From: Leptospira biflexa
Lineage (GTDB): Bacteria; Spirochaetota; DYNZ01
DNA: 64,000 bases
Direction of reading: 5' to 3'
NCBI GenBank assembly: GCA_020720805.1
Contig: DYNZ01000003.1
Span: forward strand, 35,927-99,926
Shown here: positions 59,008-64,000 of the stretch, one piece after another
Numbering within the stretch: the stretch's first letter is position 1
Layout: every line of letters starts with the position of its first letter
Program-made: the position numbers and the translations under genes
The notes under the pieces: model-generated
What the model was told of the DNA's origin: nothing
The model's database searches: none
Seen by the model: only the letters and a program-made list of their open reading frames with translations

Positions 59008-60057
59008 TTATAATAATTTTTTACCTTTATAGTGTAAGGATTTTAACAGCGCATCCGCTTTGATTGCGGCGGAAGGGGAGAGACGACCGTATGTTAGCAC
59101 TTCATTAAATTTCTGACCGTCATATATCATCCAATACAACATTTCTGCAAGAGCTTTTGCAGTATTGATGTTTTTTACAGAAACAGAAAGATCTTTATAT
59201 AACAAAATCCAAGTAAAGGTGGTGATGGGATAGCTGTTCGGTAAATCAGTGTAAATGAGGGAATCCCAGATTCCATTTGGCAAAACAGATTCTGCTGCTG
59301 CCAGCAGGGATTGTACAGATGGAGTTATCCATTTATCTTGTCTGTTTTGAATTTTTGCAAAGGCAATATTATTCTGTTTGGCATAGGTCAATTCTGTATA
59401 GCCAATAGAGTATGGAATCTGCTTTACCAGAATGGTGACTCCAGGATTGCCTTTGGCGCCAATTCCCTGGGGCCAGGTGAGATTTTTTCCAGCACCGATG
59501 CTATTTTTCCATGCGGTGCTTGTTATGCTAAGAAACGTGGAAAATGCAAAAGTGGTTCCAGATCCCTCCGCTCTTCGGATTATGGCAATTTTTTTGTGGG
59601 GCAGATTCGCGTCTGGGTTTACTTTTTTTATATCTGCATGATCCCAGAAGCCAATTTCACCCAAAAAAATACGGGCAATAAGATCGCCTGACAAGTTGAG
59701 TTGCTGTTTTGTATCCGGCAGATTGTACACAACAACAACAGCACCCAGAGCTATTGGAACATGCAATATGGGTGAGTCTGGATTGTGTAGCTCCTTTTCA
59801 GAAAAAAGAAGATCGCTAGCGCCAAAATGAACTGTTTTATCGAGAAGCTGGCGTAGGCCTGCTGAAGATCCAATTGGCAAGAAATTTACTTCAATGTTAT
59901 GAATTTGCTTGTAGGCTAGAAACATTTTGGAATAGAGCGGATAGGGAAATGTGGCTCCAGCACCGATGATAAGATCCGGTTTTTTACTCTGCTGGCACCC
60001 CAGACCGATGGAGAGAACCAACAGAAGGATCATTGCAGAGGGTCGTTGCTTTTTCAA
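59008..60057 (-). CDS. pstS: phosphate ABC transporter substrate-binding protein
   Basis: 349 aa. Lipoprotein signal (LGC). PBP fold with GSSAGLRQL and GSGTT phosphate-binding motifs. Confidence 0.85.
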   Translation of the reverse strand: MKKQRPSAMILLLVLSIGLGCQQSKKPDLIIGAGATFPYPLYSKMFLAYKQIHNIEVNFLPIGSSAGLRQLLDKTVHFGASDLLFSEKELHNPDSPILHVPIALGAVVVVYNLPDTKQQLNLSGDLIARIFLGEIGFWDHADIKKVNPDANLPHKKIAIIRRAEGSGTTFAFSTFLSITSTAWKNSIGAGKNLTWPQGIGAKGNPGVTILVKQIPYSIGYTELTYAKQNNIAFAKIQNRQDKWITPSVQSLLAAAESVLPNGIWDSLIYTDLPNSYPITTFTWILLYKDLSVSVKNINTAKALAEMLYWMIYDGQKFNEVLTYGRLSPSAAIKADALLKSLHYKGKKLL

Positions 60058-60122
60058 AGGGATTCTCCGTTACTATGGAAATTGTTTTGTTCCTAACATT
60101 ATCATAACCCGAAAAAAAAGAG

Positions 60123-60153
60123 AACAAAAAAAAGGCTACCCTCTCGAGTAGCC
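60123..60153 (-). terminator. Rho-independent terminator of icd
   Basis: Stem GGCTAC / GTAGCC (60134-60139 and 60148-60153) with an 8-nt loop. On the minus strand it is followed by U11 (plus-strand A run 60123-60133). Confidence 0.7.
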
Positions 60154-60172
60154 TTTTGTGCTGCGTTGTGAT

Positions 60173-62404
60173 TTACATCGCGTCTATGATCGCGTTCAAG
60201 GTTGGACTTGGACGCATCGCCTTGGTGACTTTGGCATGGTCGACATGGTAATAGCCTCCCATATCAACGGGTTTGCCTTGCGCAGCGAGAAGCTCTGTAT
60301 TAATCTTTGCTTCATTCTCTTCTAGCTGTTTGGCCACCTTGGCAAAACGCTCTTTCATCTGCTGATCCTTGGTTTGAGCAGCCAGAGCCTGAGCCCAATA
60401 CAATGCCAGATAGAAATGACTTCCCCGGTTATCGATCTCTCCCACTTTTCTAGCTGGAGATTTTTCGTTTTCGAGAAATTTTCCAATGGCTTCATCAAGG
60501 GTGTCAGCCAACAACTGAGCCTTATCATTCTTATAGTTTGCAGCTACCAGTTCCAGAGAGGGAACAAGTGCGCAGAATTCACCCAGTGAATCCCAACGCA
60601 GATATCCCTCTTTTTGGAACTGTTGGACGTGCTTAGGAGCGGAGCCGCCTGCACCAGTTTCAAAAAGACCACCACCTTCCAGTAGAGGGACAATCGATAA
60701 CATTTTCGCGCTGGTGCCAAGCTCGAGGATGGGGAAAAGGTCAGTCAGGTAGTCGCGGAGAACGTTTCCGGTCACAGAGATAGTGTCTAACCCTTTTCTG
60801 ATTCTCTCCAGGGAGTAGTGCATCGCTTCTACCGGAGCCATAATCTTAATTTCGAGGCCATTGGTATCATGGTTTTTCAGGTATTTATTTACCTTTGCGA
60901 TAACTTGGGTATCATGAGCCCTATTGGTATCCAACCAGAAAATAGCTGGCGTTTTGCTTGCTTTCGCGCGGTTGACTGCCAGTTTTACCCAATCCTGGAT
61001 CGGAATATCCTTTACACGGTAGAGTCTCCAAATATCGCCTTGCTCTACTTTGCTCTCCATGAGAATTTTTCCGGATCCATCCACTACCTTGACAACGCCA
61101 TCACCAGCCATTTCAAATGTGGTTGGATGTGAGCCGTACTCTTCTGCTTTTTGTGCCATCAAGCCGACATTGGAAACACTACCCATGGTTGCAGGGTTAA
61201 ATTGCCCATTCTTCTGAGCGTCCTTGATAATTTCACGGTAAATCGTTGCGTAGCAACGGTCTGGAATCATGGCGATGGTATCATGCAGTTTATCGTCTGG
61301 TCCCCACATCTGTCCGCCATCACGTACCACGACTGGCATGGAAGCATCGACAATGATATCATTTGGGACATGAAGGTTTGTGATGCCCTTGCTGGAATCA
61401 ACCATTGCCAGAGCTGGTCTTTCATTGTAAACAGCGTTGATATCCTTTTCGATCTCGGCTTTTTTATCAGCAGGCAGTTTGCTGAGTTTAGACAGGATAT
61501 CGCCAAGGCCAAAATTTGGGTTGGCTCCGATCTGCTTCAGGGTTTCACCATGCTTTTTGAACACATCTTCATAATAGACAGATACAGCATGGCCAAACAT
61601 GATGGGATCAGAAACCTTCATCATGGTTGCCTTGAGGTGCAGAGAAAGCAGAACGTTCTCTTTTTTTGCTTCCACGATGGTATCCGCATAAAATTTTCGC
61701 AGAGCATTTTTACTGATAAAGGAGCAAGATAAGATCTCACCTTTTTCAGCGGTTAATTTGTCAGCAAGTACTTTGGAACTGCCATCTTTCCCTGCAAACT
61801 CAATCTTGAATGCTCCCCCATTCTCCATGGTAACCGATTTTTCATTGCCATAGAAGTCGCCGCTGTTCATGTGAGCGACCTTGGTCTTCGAGTTGTCGGG
61901 ATAGGGGCGCATCATGCGGTGAGGGTTCTTTTGGCCGAATTTTTTAACAGAAGCTGCGGCGCGGCGATCAGAGTTTCCTTCCCGTAGAACAGGGTTTACG
62001 GCAGAGCCCAGAACCTTGGAATAGCGCTGCTGGATCTCTTTTTCTGCGTCTGTTTTTGCCTCTTCAGGATAGGCCGGCAGATCATAACCTTGCTCCTGCA
62101 ACTCTTTGATTGCGGCTTGAAGCTGAGGAATGGAAGCGCTGATATTCGGCAATTTTATAATGTTCGCGTCAGGTGTTTTGGCAAGCTCACCCAATTGGGT
62201 TAAAAAATCGGGAATTTGCTGGCCTGGCTTCAGCCTTTCAGGAAATGTTGCAATGATGCGACCGGATAATGAGATGTCTCGAGTTTCTACATCAACACCA
62301 GTCCCTTTTGTAAAGACCTGCACAATGGGGAGCAGAGAAAAAGTTGCCAAAGCTGGCCCTTCATCAATCTCTGTCCAGATGATTTTTGCATTTTTATTTG
62401 CCAT
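60173..62404 (-). CDS. icd: monomeric NADP-dependent isocitrate dehydrogenase
   Basis: 743 aa, the typical size and N-terminal sequence of monomeric-type IDH ([22 protein letters not shown]...). Confidence 0.9.
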   Translation of the reverse strand: MANKNAKIIWTEIDEGPALATFSLLPIVQVFTKGTGVDVETRDISLSGRIIATFPERLKPGQQIPDFLTQLGELAKTPDANIIKLPNISASIPQLQAAIKELQEQGYDLPAYPEEAKTDAEKEIQQRYSKVLGSAVNPVLREGNSDRRAAASVKKFGQKNPHRMMRPYPDNSKTKVAHMNSGDFYGNEKSVTMENGGAFKIEFAGKDGSSKVLADKLTAEKGEILSCSFISKNALRKFYADTIVEAKKENVLLSLHLKATMMKVSDPIMFGHAVSVYYEDVFKKHGETLKQIGANPNFGLGDILSKLSKLPADKKAEIEKDINAVYNERPALAMVDSSKGITNLHVPNDIIVDASMPVVVRDGGQMWGPDDKLHDTIAMIPDRCYATIYREIIKDAQKNGQFNPATMGSVSNVGLMAQKAEEYGSHPTTFEMAGDGVVKVVDGSGKILMESKVEQGDIWRLYRVKDIPIQDWVKLAVNRAKASKTPAIFWLDTNRAHDTQVIAKVNKYLKNHDTNGLEIKIMAPVEAMHYSLERIRKGLDTISVTGNVLRDYLTDLFPILELGTSAKMLSIVPLLEGGGLFETGAGGSAPKHVQQFQKEGYLRWDSLGEFCALVPSLELVAANYKNDKAQLLADTLDEAIGKFLENEKSPARKVGEIDNRGSHFYLALYWAQALAAQTKDQQMKERFAKVAKQLEENEAKINTELLAAQGKPVDMGGYYHVDHAKVTKAMRPSPTLNAIIDAM

Positions 62405-62729
62405 ATCTTCTCCTTGGTTATTATAATACTGAAATTTTTTTGTATCTTTCCGGGCTTTCCTGGTAGGTCATTTCGATGCTGAGGTTCCATTTGAAACAAA
62501 GCCAATATCAGTCCGATACAAAGCAAAGACATTCCAATGATCTGAAGCCGCAGAAAAAAGGCACAGCTTCGATTTTGTGTAACATTTTTGAGGCCTAAAA
62601 TCATATTTTTCTCCATAGTGTCAAGAACTTTGAAGCAAACAGACAAATACTCATCGGATTGGAACATCAGGGCTCAGAAAATTATAAAGAGGTTGTTGTG
62701 ACCTTAAACCGAAATGAAATTGGTGGAAG

Positions 62730-62780
62730 GTCACACGATGTGAGGTGTGCGAAGGGCACTTTCCTTGCAGAATAGAAATC
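62730..62780. repeat. copy B of the conserved palindrome-containing element, with the second half-element adjacent
   Basis: GTCACACGATGTGAGGTGTGCGAAGGGCA (62730-62758) is immediately followed by GCACTTTCCTTGCAGAATAGAAATC (62756-62780). Located 80-130 bp upstream of purH. Confidence 0.6.
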
Positions 62781-62860
62781 GGTTGCAAAAAACCCTTAGT
62801 CAGAAAAAGTTGTAAAAAGGTACAAAAAAAAAGTATAATAAGGAATAATTAGAAAAGGAA

Positions 62861-64000
62861 ATGGGTATGATAAAGATTAAAAGGGCTTTGATCTCTGTTT
62901 GGGACAAGCACAACCTTGAAGAGTTGGTAAAAACTTTGGCCCACCACAATGTCGAGATTATCTCAACAGGAGGTACTCTTCAGAAGATCCGTGAAATGGG
63001 CGTAGAGGTGCATTCCATTGGGAAATTTACCCAATTTCCAGAGATGCTCGATGGGCGAGTCAAAACGTTACATCCCAAAGTTCATGGCGGCATTTTGCAT
63101 ATGCGCGATAACGAAGAGCATCTAAAGCAGATCCTGGAGCATAGTATCGTTCCCATTGATCTTGTGGTGGTAAATTTATACCCCTTTGTTCAAACTATAT
63201 CGCAGCAGGATGTAACGTTTGAGGATGCGATCGAGAATATTGATATTGGCGGCCCTACGATGTTGCGCGCAGCTGCAAAAAATCATAAATTTGTGGCTGC
63301 TTTGATGCATCCTCAGGATTATCCAAAAATTATTGAGGAATTAAATAAAAATCAGGGAGCCTTAAGCCATGAAACCAGGTTTGAATTGGCGCGAAAGGTT
63401 TTTAATTATACCGCATCCTATGATGCGGCCATTTCTGCGTACCTGAATGATCTTCAAGGAGAGGGACAACCCCGTTATCTCAATCTGGCTTTTGAGAAGA
63501 GACAGGAGTTGCGCTATGGAGAGAACCCTCACCAGAAAGCCACATTGTATGCGGATCAGCTCAGCAAAGAGGGGAGTCTTGTAAACGCCCAGCAACTCCA
63601 AGGAAAAGAGCTTTCTTTTAATAATTTGCTGGATTTTGATGCTGCCCTGAATATTGTGCAGGAGTTTGCCGAGCCTTGTGTGGTGATTATCAAACACAAT
63701 AATCCAGCAGGAGTTGCTATCGGTGAAAATAATACATCCTTGGCAGATGTGTTTGCAGATGCCTGGTCCTGTGACCCTGTTAGCGCATTTGGCTCCATTA
63801 TTGCCATCAATCGTGAGGTAGATAGGGCGACGGCAGATCTTGTGAATCAATATTTTGTCGAGGGGATCATCGCGCCCTCTTTTTCTACCCAGGCGCTAGA
63901 TGTTTTGGGCAAAAAAAAGAATATTCGGTTACTGGCTACTGGGCACCCCTTGCGGGCTGCAAAGCATTATGATGTCAAAAGGATTAACGGAGGGATCCTT
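62861..64000 (+). CDS. purH: bifunctional AICAR transformylase / IMP cyclohydrolase (5' partial, runs off the window end)
   Basis: N-terminal MGS-like domain motifs (RALISVWDK, STGGT, DGRVKTLHPKVHGGIL). The ORF has no stop within the window and so is absent from the ORF track. Confidence 0.85.
   Translation, partial: MGMIKIKRALISVWDKHNLEELVKTLAHHNVEIISTGGTLQKIREMGVEVHSIGKFTQFPEMLDGRVKTLHPKVHGGILHMRDNEEHLKQILEHSIVPIDLVVVNLYPFVQTISQQDVTFEDAIENIDIGGPTMLRAAAKNHKFVAALMHPQDYPKIIEELNKNQGALSHETRFELARKVFNYTASYDAAISAYLNDLQGEGQPRYLNLAFEKRQELRYGENPHQKATLYADQLSKEGSLVNAQQLQGKELSFNNLLDFDAALNIVQEFAEPCVVIIKHNNPAGVAIGENNTSLADVFADAWSCDPVSAFGSIIAINREVDRATADLVNQYFVEGIIAPSFSTQALDVLGKKKNIRLLATGHPLRAAKHYDVKRINGGIL

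Noticed and set aside
60058-60172. Pho box upstream of pstS
   Set aside because: No recognisable tandem CTGTCAT-type repeats. PhoB-box consensus differs between phyla, so absence of the E. coli motif is not informative; left uncalled.
62287-62667. 126-aa minus-strand ORF overlapping the 5' end of icd
   Set aside because: Overlaps the well-supported icd coding sequence in another frame and extends through the icd promoter region. Typical spurious antisense or overlapping ORF.
1-64000. mobile elements, CRISPR arrays, tRNA/rRNA genes, restriction-modification or toxin-antitoxin pairs
   Set aside because: No transposase or integrase-like translations and no direct-repeat arrays. No GGTTCGANTCC-type T-arm sequences in intergenic gaps and no methyltransferase/endonuclease pair. 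The window looks like core chromosome rather than an island.

Overview
This 64 kb window is a chromosomal segment from a Gram-negative (diderm, Kdo/LPS-making) bacterium of moderate GC content; the lineage cannot be assigned from sequence alone. Coding density is high and most genes are housekeeping. No rRNA, tRNA, CRISPR array, transposase, integrase or phage genes were detected. The recognisable genes are pth, a giant TPR-CHAT protein, pyrF, waaA (kdtA) and queG, followed by a complete rpmH-rnpA-yidD-yidC-jag-mnmE cluster. Next come argJ, a cyclophilin, an AzgA-type purine permease, two lipid acyltransferases (one a two-domain OlsF-like ornithine-lipid synthase), sthA, a fused NfnAB-like oxidoreductase, gltBD, an OYE-family flavoenzyme and pdxB. 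Further on are a DksA-like factor, ppx/gppA, metXW, a DsbA-like lipoprotein, rsmG-parAB, an MCP-like protein, ispG and a HIT protein. The window ends with an NfeD/SPFH cluster, a REC-HD-GYP regulator, fba, pstSCAB, monomeric icd and the 5' part of purH. The items most worth a second look: (1) an ECF sigma / zinc anti-sigma pair plus a small membrane protein inserted between an NfeD protease and its SPFH partner, with a 10-A run inside the sigma gene; (2) a single-base frameshift in the HD-GYP response regulator; (3) a ~30 bp palindrome-containing DNA element upstream of both the HD-GYP regulator and purH, read in different frames in the two copies and so non-coding; (4) a TPR-CHAT protein whose caspase-like His/Cys dyad appears substituted; (5) an operon of two overlapping unknown genes plus a TPR lipoprotein; (6) a PilZ-like protein preceded by a 49-aa membrane micro-ORF; (7) a 670-bp structured leader upstream of gltB; and (8) a perfect 11-bp inverted repeat over the promoter of a small lipoprotein gene. 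All calls come from reading the translations and DNA directly; no database searches were run.
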